A DNA stretch of 64,000 nt from Vulcanimicrobiota bacterium (GTDB lineage: Bacteria > Vulcanimicrobiota > Vulcanimicrobiia > Vulcanimicrobiales > Vulcanimicrobiaceae). The stretch lies in assembly GCA_963777315.1 (NCBI GenBank), contig CAVZQC010000002.1:544001-608000 (forward strand), read 5' to 3'. Shown here piece after piece: positions 46,199 to 56,650 of this stretch (positions within the stretch are counted from its first letter, which is position 1; each line of letters opens with the position of its first letter). A program made the translations under genes and the position numbers. The notes beneath the pieces were generated by a model, which saw nothing but the letters and a program-made list of their open reading frames with translations, was not told where the DNA came from and did not search any database.

Positions 46199-47929
46199 AT
46201 GCCGTCCAACGCCCAGGTTGCTCAATGCCTCACGCAGATCCGTCAACTCATGGAATTCGCCGGCGAGCCGTTTTATAAATTCATGGCGTACGAACGCGCC
46301 GCGTCGGCGGTCGAAAACGCCCCGCCCGTTAGCGATTTGGCCGCAGCCGGCGAGTTGACGTCGCTGCCCGGAGTGGGGAAATCGATAGCCGCAACGATCG
46401 ACGAGATCGTACGAACGGGAACGTGCCTGCAAATCGAAGCGCTCACCGAGCGATATCCGCCCACCATCTTCGAATTGCTCGGCGTTTCGGGCATCGGCAT
46501 CAAGACCGCGGCGATGCTCTTCGAGCAGTTCGGCATCGGTTCGCTGGCCGATCTCGAGAAGGCTATCGACTCCGGCGCCCTCGATGCGGCGCCGCGCATG
46601 GGCGCAAAAACCATCGGGAACATTCGCCGCGGGATCCTGGCGTATCGCGGCCGGCAGCGCCGCACGCCGCTGGCGCGAGCGCTGGCATGCGCGCGGGAAG
46701 TGATGGCGCATCTGCAATCGGGCCCGCCGCTGCACCGCTTGACCTACGCGGGAAGCTTGCGGCGCGCCGAGGCCACCGTCGGCGATATCGATATCGTGTG
46801 CACGAGCGAGCATGCCGGCCGCGCGATCGAACATTTCGTTGCATGGGAACGCGCGCGCGCGGTTCTGGCCGAAGGGCCCACCAAGGCCAGCCTGTGGCTG
46901 GAGAACGGCCTGCAGATCGATCTCCGCGTGCTGCCCGACCATCTGTACGGCAATCTGCTGCAGCACTTTACGGGAAGCCGCGAACACAACATTCAGCTGC
47001 GCGAGTACGCGGTCCGCAAAGGGCTGCGAGTGAGCGAAAACGGCATCTTGAACGTGGAAACCGGCGACGTCGTCGCCTGCGATGAGGAAGCGGGGGTGTA
47101 TGCTGCGCTGGGTATGGATTACATTGCGCCGGAGCTGCGAAACGGCATGGGCGAGATCGACTTGGCCCTGCGCGGCGAATTGCCGCAGCTGCTCGACCTA
47201 GGCGACGTGCGCGGCGACTTTCACATGCACTGCACGTGGAGCGATGGAAACCATTCGCTCGAGGAAATGATTGCTGCAGCCGCGCAGCGCGGCTACGAAT
47301 ATCATTCGATCTCGGATCATTCGTGGGGACGAGGGCCCAAATACGGTCTCACGCCCGGAGAACTGCGCGAGCAACGCGAGCGCGTGCGCGCGATCGGCGA
47401 TCGCTTCGGCGTGCGCACGCTGTGCAGCAGCGAAGTCGACATTTTGCCCGACGGATCGATGGACTATCCGGACGAGTTGCTGGCGGAGCTGGACATTGCC
47501 GTGGGCAGCGTGCATTCGGCCTTCAACATCTCACGCGAGCAAATGACGCAGCGCCTCATCCGCGCCTGTGAGAATCCATACGTTTCGATCATCGGTCACC
47601 CGACGGGACGGATGCTCGAGGGATTTCCCGGATACGAGTTCGATTACGATGCGGTATTTGCCGCCGCGGCGCGCACCGGCACGGCGCTGGAGATCGACGG
47701 GCAGGCGCTGCGCTTGGATTTACCGTCCGCGCTAGCGCAGCGCGCCAAGACGTTCGGCGTTACCTTTACCGTCGACAGCGACGCGCACGATGCCGGCCAA
47801 TTGAGAAACGTCGAACTGGCCGTCAGCCAAGCACGGCGCGCCGGGCTGACGCCGCAGGACGTTCTCAACACGCGGGGCCTGCAGGAGGTGCTTGCGTTCG
47901 TGCGCCGCAAGCGTGTGCCGGCGGCATGA
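46199..47929 (+). CDS. polX: DNA polymerase X with PHP domain
   Basis: AGSLRR, GDIDI, QIDLR, HFTGSREHN; PHP motifs DFHMHCTWSDG, SDHS, GHPTGR, DSDAH. Confidence 0.95.
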   Translation: MPSNAQVAQCLTQIRQLMEFAGEPFYKFMAYERAASAVENAPPVSDLAAAGELTSLPGVGKSIAATIDEIVRTGTCLQIEALTERYPPTIFELLGVSGIGIKTAAMLFEQFGIGSLADLEKAIDSGALDAAPRMGAKTIGNIRRGILAYRGRQRRTPLARALACAREVMAHLQSGPPLHRLTYAGSLRRAEATVGDIDIVCTSEHAGRAIEHFVAWERARAVLAEGPTKASLWLENGLQIDLRVLPDHLYGNLLQHFTGSREHNIQLREYAVRKGLRVSENGILNVETGDVVACDEEAGVYAALGMDYIAPELRNGMGEIDLALRGELPQLLDLGDVRGDFHMHCTWSDGNHSLEEMIAAAAQRGYEYHSISDHSWGRGPKYGLTPGELREQRERVRAIGDRFGVRTLCSSEVDILPDGSMDYPDELLAELDIAVGSVHSAFNISREQMTQRLIRACENPYVSIIGHPTGRMLEGFPGYEFDYDAVFAAAARTGTALEIDGQALRLDLPSALAQRAKTFGVTFTVDSDAHDAGQLRNVELAVSQARRAGLTPQDVLNTRGLQEVLAFVRRKRVPAA

Positions 47930-48693
47930 AGACGGCCGTCGCCGGCGCGCGCATGAGCGGCGATGCAGGCGATGCCGTTCTTTTCGTGCACGGCGTCGGC
48001 TCGACTGCCGCGATTTGGGATTATCAACTCACCGCGTTGCGCGAGCGGTATCGCTGTTTTTCCGTCGAGCTGCGCGGCAACGGCGCTTCCCATCCCGACC
48101 CCGCATCCGACACCATTACGCGCGACGGATTCGTGGACGACGTGCTGACCGTCGCGGGCACGGCGGGAGCCGCGCGTTTTCATTTCGTCGGCTGCAGTTT
48201 AGGCGGCGTCGTGGGCTTTGAGCTGTGGAAGCGCGCGCCGGCGCGCGTGCGGTCGCTTACGTTTGCGGGAAGCTTCGCCTGGTACCCCGCGGCCTCTACG
48301 TACGTGCGCGACGTCATCGCCGCCGTCCGCGCGGCGGGAACCATGGAGCGCTTTGCGCACGAACGCATTGGCAAGTTGGGCATGCCGGCCGGCCCGCGAA
48401 CGGATGAAACCATCGCGCAGATGGCGTGCAAGTCCGTGGAGTCCTACATTGCAGCCACGCAAGCGACCTGGACCGGCGACTATCGCGGGATTCTGGCCGG
48501 CATCACCGTACCCGTGCTGGTCCTTTGCGGCGAGAACGACTCCGTCGCGCCGCCTGCATTCTCGCATGAGATCGCGCAGGGCGTTCCGGGCGCGCATTTC
48601 GCAACCGTGCCGGGCGCCGGCCACGTATGCAATGCCGACGCACCGCTGGCCTTTAACGATCTGCTGCGGGATTTTCTGAGGCGCGTCTCATGA
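47926..48693 (+). CDS. Alpha/beta hydrolase
   Basis: FVHGVG, ELRGNG, GCSLGG nucleophile elbow, GEND, AGH. Confidence 0.9.
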   Translation: MKTAVAGARMSGDAGDAVLFVHGVGSTAAIWDYQLTALRERYRCFSVELRGNGASHPDPASDTITRDGFVDDVLTVAGTAGAARFHFVGCSLGGVVGFELWKRAPARVRSLTFAGSFAWYPAASTYVRDVIAAVRAAGTMERFAHERIGKLGMPAGPRTDETIAQMACKSVESYIAATQATWTGDYRGILAGITVPVLVLCGENDSVAPPAFSHEIAQGVPGAHFATVPGAGHVCNADAPLAFNDLLRDFLRRVS

Positions 48694-49554
48694 GCCGGTG
48701 ATGCGTTCGCGTCCGCAGTATACGTTGGCGCGGTTTTCGCGCACGAAGCCCACGAGCGTCATGCCGAATGCTTGCGCGAGTTCCACCGCCAGGCTGCTCG
48801 GCGCGGAAACGGCGCAGAACAGCGGGATGCCCGCCGTAACGCTCTTTTGCACGAGTTCGTAACTGGCCCGCCCGCTCACGAGCAGCGCACAGCCGCGCAG
48901 GGGAATGCGCGCGTTCATCAGCGCCCAGCCGGCGATCTTGTCGAGCGCGTTATGCCGGCCGACGTCCTCGCGCAGCGCCAGCAACCGCCCCGACCCATCG
49001 AAAAGTGCCGCTGCGTGCAAGCCGCCGGTCGAGGCGAATATGCGCTGCGCGTCGCGCATTTTCTGGGGCAGAGCGCAGATGAAGCCGAAGTCCACGCTCA
49101 GGTCGTCTTCGATGCGCGCGGCGCGCGTACTCAAAGATTCGATGCTGGCCTTTCCGCACACCCCGCACGCGCTGTTCATCGTGAAATGGCGTTCCAGGCG
49201 ATCGAGCTGCGGAAGCGCCGGCGCGCTGAGCACAACGTTGAGGATGTTGTAACGCTGAGCTGCATCGACGTGCGGATCGATGCAGTACGACATGCCAGCA
49301 ACGTCCTGCGCGCAGCTCACGATGCCTTCGGACAGCAAAAACCCGGCGGCCAGTTCGAAATCGTTACCGGGCGTGCGCATCGTGACCGCAACGTTTTGCC
49401 TTCGAGCTCCGGCGACCAGGCGTATCTCGAGCGGTTCTTCGGTCGCCAGATCGTCGGCGACCTCGCGCGCGGTTCCGGAATCGATGGCGACCACGCGAGC
49501 CGGCGTCGTCAAGCCCGCTCGCGTTTGTTCCAACCCGCTCACGATGTCGCTCAC
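48688..49554 (-). CDS. fdhD: Formate dehydrogenase accessory sulfurtransferase
   Basis: EEPLEI, MRTPGNDFELAAGFL, SACGVCG, TGGLHAA, REDVGRHNALDK, SGRASYEL. Confidence 0.96.
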   Translation of the reverse strand: MSDIVSGLEQTRAGLTTPARVVAIDSGTAREVADDLATEEPLEIRLVAGARRQNVAVTMRTPGNDFELAAGFLLSEGIVSCAQDVAGMSYCIDPHVDAAQRYNILNVVLSAPALPQLDRLERHFTMNSACGVCGKASIESLSTRAARIEDDLSVDFGFICALPQKMRDAQRIFASTGGLHAAALFDGSGRLLALREDVGRHNALDKIAGWALMNARIPLRGCALLVSGRASYELVQKSVTAGIPLFCAVSAPSSLAVELAQAFGMTLVGFVRENRANVYCGRERITGS

Positions 49555-49727
49555 TGGACCCGTTCCAGCGTGCTCGCAGCCAGGGTCGCGAGCAAAACGC
49601 CGGCATAGAGCGGCGCGATCCACCAGCCTAAAGTATGGCGCAGCGTGAGAGCCAGCGCCGCCGCCAGCGCGATACCGGCCGGCGTGACCAGCGAATTTCC
49701 CGCCACAAAGGCATGAATGCGTTTCAC
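49551..49727 (-). CDS. Small two-TM membrane protein
   Basis: GTGA overlaps on both ends; MKRIHAFVAGNSLVTPAGIALAAALAL... Confidence 0.6.
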   Translation of the reverse strand: MKRIHAFVAGNSLVTPAGIALAAALALTLRHTLGWWIAPLYAGVLLATLAASTLERVQ

Positions 49728-50440
49728 GCGCGTACCGCGGGACGCCGCCAAAGCGCGATCAGCAGCAGCGCGGCCACAACGTACAGTGCGATGAGCCACG
49801 CGAGCGTCGCTTCACCCCACCACCACGGCACGCCCAAACCTTCGCCGCTCCAAAAGGTGCCGAACGAGAGCAGCATGATGCCCACGATGAAAGCCAGCGC
49901 GTTTTCCGGCACGCGCGAAAAAGGCCGTCGCGCAATCGCGGCCGCGCATAAAACGATTACGCCGGCAATCAACGCTCCCGCCGCCGCCCACAAGAACGTG
50001 CCGGCGCGCGCGGCGGAAAAGGTCACCACGATGACGGCGACTTCGAGTCCTTCGAGCAAGACGCCGTTGAACGCGGTCGCGAAAGCAAAGCGCTGTTCGT
50101 GCGCGCGAAGCCGCTCGACTTCGGAACTGAACTTCGCGTTCTCGTTGCGCATCGGCTTGCGGCCCGCATACCTCCAAATCGCTTTGCGAAGCCACGTGTA
50201 GCCCATGAAGGTCAAGAAAATTCCGATGCCGATCTGCAGCGCCCGCAGCGGCACGTAAGCGGCCAGAGCCGGGCCCAATACGCCGGCGATCACGACCAGC
50301 ACCGCTACCGCCCATGCAGTCGCGCGCAGCGCGACGCGCCAGCCTGCGGTATACGCGACCGCAAGCACGATCGTCGCTGCTTCGACGAACTCGAGCAGCG
50401 AGGCCAGAAAAGTCGTTCCGGCCGCGATCCAAGGGCTCAC
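49724..50440 (-). CDS. COG4280-like membrane protein with duplicated ExxE motifs
   Basis: FLASLLEFVEAATIVLA and FNGVLLEGLEVAVIV; RVPENAL, SFGTFWSGEG. Confidence 0.75.
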   Translation of the reverse strand: MSPWIAAGTTFLASLLEFVEAATIVLAVAYTAGWRVALRATAWAVAVLVVIAGVLGPALAAYVPLRALQIGIGIFLTFMGYTWLRKAIWRYAGRKPMRNENAKFSSEVERLRAHEQRFAFATAFNGVLLEGLEVAVIVVTFSAARAGTFLWAAAGALIAGVIVLCAAAIARRPFSRVPENALAFIVGIMLLSFGTFWSGEGLGVPWWWGEATLAWLIALYVVAALLLIALWRRPAVRA

Positions 50441-52677
50441 CGGCGTACCGCATGAGCCAGAATGTCGTTGAGCACGCGCGGATCCGCTCGATCGGGATGC
50501 GAGAAATCGAGTTTGGCGCTGATCGCCGAGCCGTATGCGGCTTTTGAGTTTACCGCGTGCATGTCGATTCCGGGCCGGATCGCGGTGAACGCGCTCGCAT
50601 TGACCGCAGAGGTGGAGAACGCGTCGTACAGCGGGCGCGCGGTCGCGTCGTAGATGGAAAGCGGCGGCAGCCCGAGCATCAATTCGATCGTATGCACGAA
50701 CGAGGCCGTCGAGTAGTGATCGTGCTGGACGCCGCCGCGAGCGTACGGGCTGGCGATGTAAAACGTCGAGCGTTGATCGTTCACGTGATCCGGGCCGTTT
50801 TGCGCATCGTCTTCCAAAATGAAGATGGCGGTCGAGTTCCAATACGGCGATCGCGAAACGGTTTGGACGAGCCGCCCCACGGCCCAGTCGTTGATGGCGA
50901 CGTACGCCTGCGGCGTCGGCTTGCCGGGCGCTGTGCCCGAAGTGTGGTCGTTGGGAAGATACACGATCTCCAGCTGCGGCAAGCTGCGCGAAGCGGTGAA
51001 TGCTTGGAACTCCCTGCTCCATTCTGCTAAACGCGCGTCGTCGCTGGTCGATAGGTCCCAACCGACGTACCTGAGATCGAAATGGCCGGCCAGACCCGGG
51101 AACGTGTTCAAGCCCAGTTTGAGCTTCGGACTGAAATCGATGTCTTCGCCGTAATCGCGATACGTCAGGTGCGCGCGCTTAGCCGCGTCCCACAGATATC
51201 CGCCGTGCGGGACGTCCGGGGCGCCCCCGGCTTGAAAGTCGTACAGATCGCGCCGTCCGCCATAGTTGGGCGGCCAGAACCGTTCCACGTAGTCGTTTGC
51301 GAACGCCGCGTCGGTCCAGTTGTGTCCGTTTGCGCTGACTTGCGCGTCGACGTACGCGTTGTCGAAGATGCCGAATCGCTGCGCAAGCGCATGCTGGTTG
51401 GGCGTATTCGCACGACCGAACATCACCAACTTCGGATCGCCGTCGGCTTGCGCGATATCGCCGAGCACTTGATCGTAAGAGCGGTTTTCCTTGATGACGT
51501 AAATGACGTGCCGGATGGGCCCGTGCGCCCGTACGATCGTTTGGGCCGGCGGGGCGGGCGTCCATTGCGGTGCGGCGTCGTCGATCGCTTCCCGCGTGAG
51601 CCCGCCAGCATGCTCGTATGCTGCGCGGGCAATCACGCGCAGCGAACCCACCGTTATGTCGCCGACGTAACCGCCGGAATTGCGTTCGAGCGGATTGAAC
51701 TGCGGATTTGCCGGCGCAGATTCGCCTTTTCCGTTCACCACGTACAGCGTCGCATCGTTGCCGAGCGCGACCCCGGTGGGATACCAGCCCACCGGTATGC
51801 GTTCGATGACGCGGCCTGCGCGCACGATCGCCACGGCGTTCTCGGCACCCAGGCTGACGAACAAATCCGTGCCGTGCACCGCGAGCGCATTGGGAGACGC
51901 GCCGTATCCATTCATGCGCCCCTGGTGCAAGCCGACCGGGATGCGCGCGGCCAGCACGTTGGTACGCGTGTCGATCACGCCGACGCTGTCGTTGTCGCTT
52001 TCGGCGACGTAGAGCTTGGAACCGTCCGGCGAAAGAGCCAGCGCCGAGGGATTGGACGCCACCGGAATAGCTGCGACGATTCTGCGCGAGGCCGCATCGA
52101 GCGCAAGCACGCGGCTGGGGCGGCGCACCGCGACGTACAGCAGCTTGCCGTCGCGCGCGAAAACAAGATCGGACGGATGCTCGCCCACGACGATCGTGCG
52201 CGTTCCGATCGTGACGGTGCCGTTTGCATCGTTCGCGTCGGCTAACGATCTGCCGGGGGCGACGGCCAGTGCGGCGGGCCAGGTGCCGCGCCCCACCGGT
52301 ATCTTCAGAACCGCGCCCGACGCCGCGTCGACGACGAACAGCGCGTTCGCATTCGCGCCCGCAACGCCGACGTGCGTTGCGTCCACCCATACGGGCTTGC
52401 CGAACGCGCCGGCGAGCGCGATGGCGCGCTGGTGCCGCGTCGCGACGTCGACCAGCCGTAACGCGGCGGGCGCAACGCCGGACTCCACGATGGCCAGCGT
52501 CGAGCCGTCGGGCGACAAGGCAACGCCTTGCGGCATCGTTCCGAGCGTCGCAACGGCGCCTTGCGGCGGCGTAAGCCTCCATCCGGACGGAAGCAATACG
52601 CCGAGATCGCTCGCGGCGGCGAAGGCGCCGGCGCAGAGCGCGCCGAGCACAAGAAGAATTGCAGCAAGTCGCAGCAT
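50437..52677 (-). CDS. Secreted YncE-like beta-propeller fused to a phosphoesterase domain
   Basis: Signal peptide; YVTN-like repeats (LSPDGSKLYVA, IPVGWYP); IRHVIYVIKENRSYD, LPNDHT, EDDAQNGPDHV. Confidence 0.88.
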   Translation of the reverse strand: MLRLAAILLVLGALCAGAFAAASDLGVLLPSGWRLTPPQGAVATLGTMPQGVALSPDGSTLAIVESGVAPAALRLVDVATRHQRAIALAGAFGKPVWVDATHVGVAGANANALFVVDAASGAVLKIPVGRGTWPAALAVAPGRSLADANDANGTVTIGTRTIVVGEHPSDLVFARDGKLLYVAVRRPSRVLALDAASRRIVAAIPVASNPSALALSPDGSKLYVAESDNDSVGVIDTRTNVLAARIPVGLHQGRMNGYGASPNALAVHGTDLFVSLGAENAVAIVRAGRVIERIPVGWYPTGVALGNDATLYVVNGKGESAPANPQFNPLERNSGGYVGDITVGSLRVIARAAYEHAGGLTREAIDDAAPQWTPAPPAQTIVRAHGPIRHVIYVIKENRSYDQVLGDIAQADGDPKLVMFGRANTPNQHALAQRFGIFDNAYVDAQVSANGHNWTDAAFANDYVERFWPPNYGGRRDLYDFQAGGAPDVPHGGYLWDAAKRAHLTYRDYGEDIDFSPKLKLGLNTFPGLAGHFDLRYVGWDLSTSDDARLAEWSREFQAFTASRSLPQLEIVYLPNDHTSGTAPGKPTPQAYVAINDWAVGRLVQTVSRSPYWNSTAIFILEDDAQNGPDHVNDQRSTFYIASPYARGGVQHDHYSTASFVHTIELMLGLPPLSIYDATARPLYDAFSTSAVNASAFTAIRPGIDMHAVNSKAAYGSAISAKLDFSHPDRADPRVLNDILAHAVRR

Positions 52678-52764
52678 GCCGGTTCGTTTTCTAGCGCCGC
52701 AAAGAGCCCGCCTCGTTTTGGGGAATACGAAGCGGACAACCGGCGACGTACAGGAGTTTGAATC

Positions 52765-53712
52765 GTGGATCTGGGCCGAACGACCGTTTACGCCCGCGGC
52801 GGCTTTTGCGCATACGAGGACGCCAAGGTGGGCTTGCTCACGCATGGGCTGCAGTACGGAACCGGCTGCTTTGAGGGCATTCGGGGTTACTGGGTACCGG
52901 GCGATCGCGAACTGTATCTGATGCAGCTGCGCGAACACTACGAACGCCTGGAGATCTCGGCAAAGATTTTGATGATGAAGTTGCCGCACTCCACCGGAGA
53001 ACTGGCCGAGATAACCGCCGAACTGGTTGCGCGCAACCGCTTTGAGACCGACGTCTACATTCGCCCTTGCTTGTTCAAGTCGGCTGAGGACGTCGGCGTG
53101 CGCTTACACGACGTTCCCGATGCGCTGGCAATCGTGCCCGTTCCGTTCGTGCGATATTTGGATGCGTCGGGCGGATTGCGCGCCGGCGTGAGTTCTTGGC
53201 GGCGTGCAGACGATTCGGCGGCGCCGCCGCGCGCGAAGATCACCGGCCTGTACGTGAACAGCGCGCTGGCGAAAAGCGAGGCGATCGGCAATGGATTCGA
53301 CGAAGCGATCATGCTCTCGCACGATGGACACGTCGCCGAAGGCTCGGCCGAGAACATCTTTTTGGTCAAGGACGGCGTGCTCTACACGCCGGACCCTTCG
53401 CAGAACATATTGGAGGGCTGCACCCGGCGCTCGATCATCGAGATCGCCCGTCGCGAATTCGCCCTCGACGTCATCGAACGTTCGATCGATCGCAGCGAGC
53501 TGTACGGCGCGCAGGAAATCTTCTTCACCGGAACCGCCGCCGGCGTCGCGTATGTTTCGTCCGTCGATCGACGTACGATCGGCGAGGGCTCAATCGGTCC
53601 GCTCACGCAGCGAATCGCGGCGTTTTACGAGCGCGTGGTGCGCGGCAGAGAACCCAAATACGGCCACTGGCTCACGCGCGCGTACGCCGGACGCACCGTA
53701 GCGGCCGGCTGA
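52765..53712 (+). CDS. ilvE: Branched-chain amino acid aminotransferase
   Basis: HGLQYGTGCFEGIR, AKITGLYVNS, EGSAENIF, ILEGCTR, FFTGTAA. Confidence 0.93.
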   Translation: MDLGRTTVYARGGFCAYEDAKVGLLTHGLQYGTGCFEGIRGYWVPGDRELYLMQLREHYERLEISAKILMMKLPHSTGELAEITAELVARNRFETDVYIRPCLFKSAEDVGVRLHDVPDALAIVPVPFVRYLDASGGLRAGVSSWRRADDSAAPPRAKITGLYVNSALAKSEAIGNGFDEAIMLSHDGHVAEGSAENIFLVKDGVLYTPDPSQNILEGCTRRSIIEIARREFALDVIERSIDRSELYGAQEIFFTGTAAGVAYVSSVDRRTIGEGSIGPLTQRIAAFYERVVRGREPKYGHWLTRAYAGRTVAAG

Positions 53713-53721
53713 AAAGGAAAG

Positions 53722-54702
53722 TTACGGCGTAGGACTGGGGCTTGGATCGGGCGTCGCCCACATCGGCACGTCCGCATCGGGGTCGTCGGTCGGGGACGGC
53801 GCAGGCGCGCTGTCGTCCAGGGTGTTGGCCGCGCGCCATTTCGCCAGCTCTTCGAAGTGCGAGTATGCGACGCGCGATATGCGGTGAATGAACTGCCGTC
53901 CGGCGGGAAGCGACGGTAAATCGGTCGTCAGGACGGCGATCACGTACGGTGAATCGGCGTAGACGATTCCCACGTCGTTGAGCGTGTCGTCGAACGAACC
54001 GGTCTTGTGCGCGATTGGGATTTGCGGCAGCGGTTCGGGCAGCAGCGTGTTGATCTCTTGATGCTCCAGAATGGCGATCATCTGCCTGGACGACCACTGG
54101 TCGATCAGTTTATTCCTGGCCATGTCGCTGAGCAGCCCCACCATGTCCGACGGCGTCGTGCGCAACGTCGTGCGCACGCTCCATTCGGCCGTGCGGATAT
54201 AGTCGGCCAGATGCGTATGATGCAAGCCCAGTTCGGCCATCGTGGCATTGATTCTGGCACGCCCCACCAACCGAATGAGCATGTTGGCGGCGGTATTGTC
54301 GCTCACCGTGATCATCTGCAGCAGCAGGGTGGAGACCGGGAAGGTTGACCCAACGGGCGATTCCGCGATGTCGCCGGATCCCCAGTCGCGATCGCCCGGC
54401 AGCAGCTCGACGCGACGGTTCAGATCGAATTTGCCCGCGGCCATCTGACGAAAGACTTCGACCATGATCGGAATTTTGATCGTCGAAGCCGCCGGCATGA
54501 CTTCGTTCATGTTGTAGCCGGAAGTATATCCGCTGTCCAGGTCTTTCACGGCGAATGCGGCGCGTCCGGGCGCGCGCTGACCCGCGAGCGCCAGCGTCGT
54601 TTGCAGTTGCGCGAGCGGAGCGGGCAACTCCAGCGCGTTCGCGCGAGCGGCCACGGACGCCAGGAGCGCCGACAATACCAGCACGGCAACGATCTGTCGC
54701 AT
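53722..54702 (-). CDS. Serine hydrolase, class A beta-lactamase-like family
   Basis: Signal peptide; AASTIK, SDN, HKTG. Confidence 0.85.
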   Translation of the reverse strand: MRQIVAVLVLSALLASVAARANALELPAPLAQLQTTLALAGQRAPGRAAFAVKDLDSGYTSGYNMNEVMPAASTIKIPIMVEVFRQMAAGKFDLNRRVELLPGDRDWGSGDIAESPVGSTFPVSTLLLQMITVSDNTAANMLIRLVGRARINATMAELGLHHTHLADYIRTAEWSVRTTLRTTPSDMVGLLSDMARNKLIDQWSSRQMIAILEHQEINTLLPEPLPQIPIAHKTGSFDDTLNDVGIVYADSPYVIAVLTTDLPSLPAGRQFIHRISRVAYSHFEELAKWRAANTLDDSAPAPSPTDDPDADVPMWATPDPSPSPTP

Positions 54703-54758
54703 AGTGATGTTGTCGGCACTTCAGCCGGGACTTTTATCCCACCTTTAACGGAAGTTGC

Positions 54759-55628
54759 CTAAAACGGCACGCCGTCGGCGGCCGGAGCGCGAACCTTTCC
54801 GACCAGGCCCGCGATCGCGAACAGCGCCGCGACATAGGGAACGGCCTGCATCGCGTCGCTGGGCAGCCATCCCACGCGGCCCTGCAGCACGTACTGCAGC
54901 GCTTCGAAAAAACCGAAGAAGACGGCTGCGCCCGTTGCGCCCCATGGCGTCCACCGTCCGAAGATCACGGCCGCCAGCGCGATGAATCCTCGGCCCGCGG
55001 TCATGCCGTCGGAGTACAAATTGACTTCGCCGATCGACAAAAACGCACCGCCCAAGCCCGCCAGCGCGCCGCCGATGACGACGGCGTTCAAGCGCAGCGA
55101 GAGCGGCCGAAGCGATGCATCGAGCACCGCGCGCGGATTTTCCCCGCAGGCGCGCACGCGCAGTCCCCACGGCGTGTAGTACAGCACGGCGTGCAGCAGG
55201 AACGCACACGCAAACGCAAATCCGACCAAGATCCAAAAGCCGTTTCCCAGCGCGTTGACTTGCGGGCTCGCGCCGGGCTGGTTATAGATCAACGTGAGTG
55301 CGTAGGCGGCGCCGCCGGCCGCGACCAAATTGATGCCGGTGCCCGCGACGATCTGGTCGACTTTGAAGACCGTGGCGGCAAAGCCGAGAATGAATCCGAA
55401 AAACGCGCCCGCGGCGATACCCGCAACCAGTCCGGCGACCGGGCTTCCCGTCAATCCCGACAGCAGCACCGCCGTAAAAGCGCCGGCAATCATCATGCCT
55501 TCCAGTCCGATGTTCACCACCCCGGATCGTTCGCACACCACGCCGCCGAGCGCAGCGAAAATGATCGGCGTGGATTTGACGAGCGTGAGTATTGCCAGCG
55601 CTGCGATCAGCTCGCCACCGCCGTTCAT
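54759..55628 (-). CDS. Nucleoside/sugar ABC permease
   Basis: ERSGVVNIGLEG, GENP, GRGFIALAAVIFG. Confidence 0.9.
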   Translation of the reverse strand: MNGGGELIAALAILTLVKSTPIIFAALGGVVCERSGVVNIGLEGMMIAGAFTAVLLSGLTGSPVAGLVAGIAAGAFFGFILGFAATVFKVDQIVAGTGINLVAAGGAAYALTLIYNQPGASPQVNALGNGFWILVGFAFACAFLLHAVLYYTPWGLRVRACGENPRAVLDASLRPLSLRLNAVVIGGALAGLGGAFLSIGEVNLYSDGMTAGRGFIALAAVIFGRWTPWGATGAAVFFGFFEALQYVLQGRVGWLPSDAMQAVPYVAALFAIAGLVGKVRAPAADGVPF

Positions 55629-56650
55629 ATCGGCGCCCCTTGAGCGCGCGTGGCGATGTACCGCCGGGCCGCAAGCACCAAAATGATCAATCCTTCGATC
55701 ACATGGATCGCGTCTTTGGGCACGTCGGCCAGCGCCTGCATCGCAAGGCCCCCCGCTTCCAAAATGCCGAAGCCGAACGCTGCAACGCATACCCAGAGCG
55801 GATTGAGATCGCCGACCAGCGCGACGGCGATTGCCGTGTATCCGTAGCCCGGAGAAAGCTGCGTGTTGAAGCGGTGCAGCACTCCGGTCACAAGCGTCGC
55901 GCCGCCCAAGCCGGCAGTTGCGCCCGACAGCGTAAGCGCCAGCACGGTGATGCGCGGCATGTTGACGCCGCCCCGCCGGGCCGCTTCGGGCGCATCGCCC
56001 GCCGCCCGCAAATCGTAACCGAATACCGTTCGCACGAAAAGCCAGCGCAGCACGATCGCTGCGCCGATCGCGATAACCAGAGCGATCGACAACCGCGTGT
56101 CGGGAATGAGCGTAGGCAGCCACGACGTTGCCGGAAGCGGCGCGGTTTCCGCGCCGGTGGCCAGCGGGCTTTTGAGCGGACCGGAAACCAGATATCCCGC
56201 CAGCGACAGTGCTATGAAATTGAGCATCAGCGTGGAGATGATTTCGCTGGCGTGAAAGCGCGCGCGCAGCCATCCGGCGATCGCGCCCCACGCTCCGCCC
56301 GCGACGAAACCCGCCGCCAGCAGAACGAAGATCGCCGCCGGCATGGGAGCGATGAGATGAGCGCCGATTGCGCCGGCCGCAAGACCGCCGATGACCAGTT
56401 GCCCTTCCGCCCCGATGTTGAACAAGCCCGCGCGAAATGCCAGCGCGATGCCGAGCGCAGGAAAAAGCAGCGCGGTCGTCTGCACCAGCGTTTCGGCGAT
56501 TTGTGCGCGCCCGCCGAGCGAACCCACGAACAGCGCCCAAAAGCCGTCCGCCGGGCTGACTCCCGCAACCAGCATGGCGCACGCGGCCAAAAAGAACGCG
56601 AACACAATGGCGCCGATCGGACCGCCTGCGATGCGCGCGAACTTGGTCAC
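55625..56650 (-). CDS. Nucleoside/sugar ABC permease
   Basis: FRAGLFNIGAEGQ, EIISTLMLN, GYGYTAIAVAL. Confidence 0.9.
   Translation of the reverse strand: MTKFARIAGGPIGAIVFAFFLAACAMLVAGVSPADGFWALFVGSLGGRAQIAETLVQTTALLFPALGIALAFRAGLFNIGAEGQLVIGGLAAGAIGAHLIAPMPAAIFVLLAAGFVAGGAWGAIAGWLRARFHASEIISTLMLNFIALSLAGYLVSGPLKSPLATGAETAPLPATSWLPTLIPDTRLSIALVIAIGAAIVLRWLFVRTVFGYDLRAAGDAPEAARRGGVNMPRITVLALTLSGATAGLGGATLVTGVLHRFNTQLSPGYGYTAIAVALVGDLNPLWVCVAAFGFGILEAGGLAMQALADVPKDAIHVIEGLIILVLAARRYIATRAQGAPI

Noticed and set aside
44461..46209. 582-aa ORF and overlapping 430-aa ORF (43829-45121)
   Set aside because: N-terminal parts are off-frame overlaps of the phosphoribosyltransferase and ABC-like genes; only the C-terminal parts look coding.
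46199..47929. PolX as a phage or defence marker
   Set aside because: Ordinary chromosomal PolX-PHP with intact motifs and no mobile or defence neighbours.
53722..54702. Beta-lactam resistance gene
   Set aside because: SxxK, SDN and KTG are present, but no clear Glu166-type omega-loop motif; more likely a PBP-like serine hydrolase.
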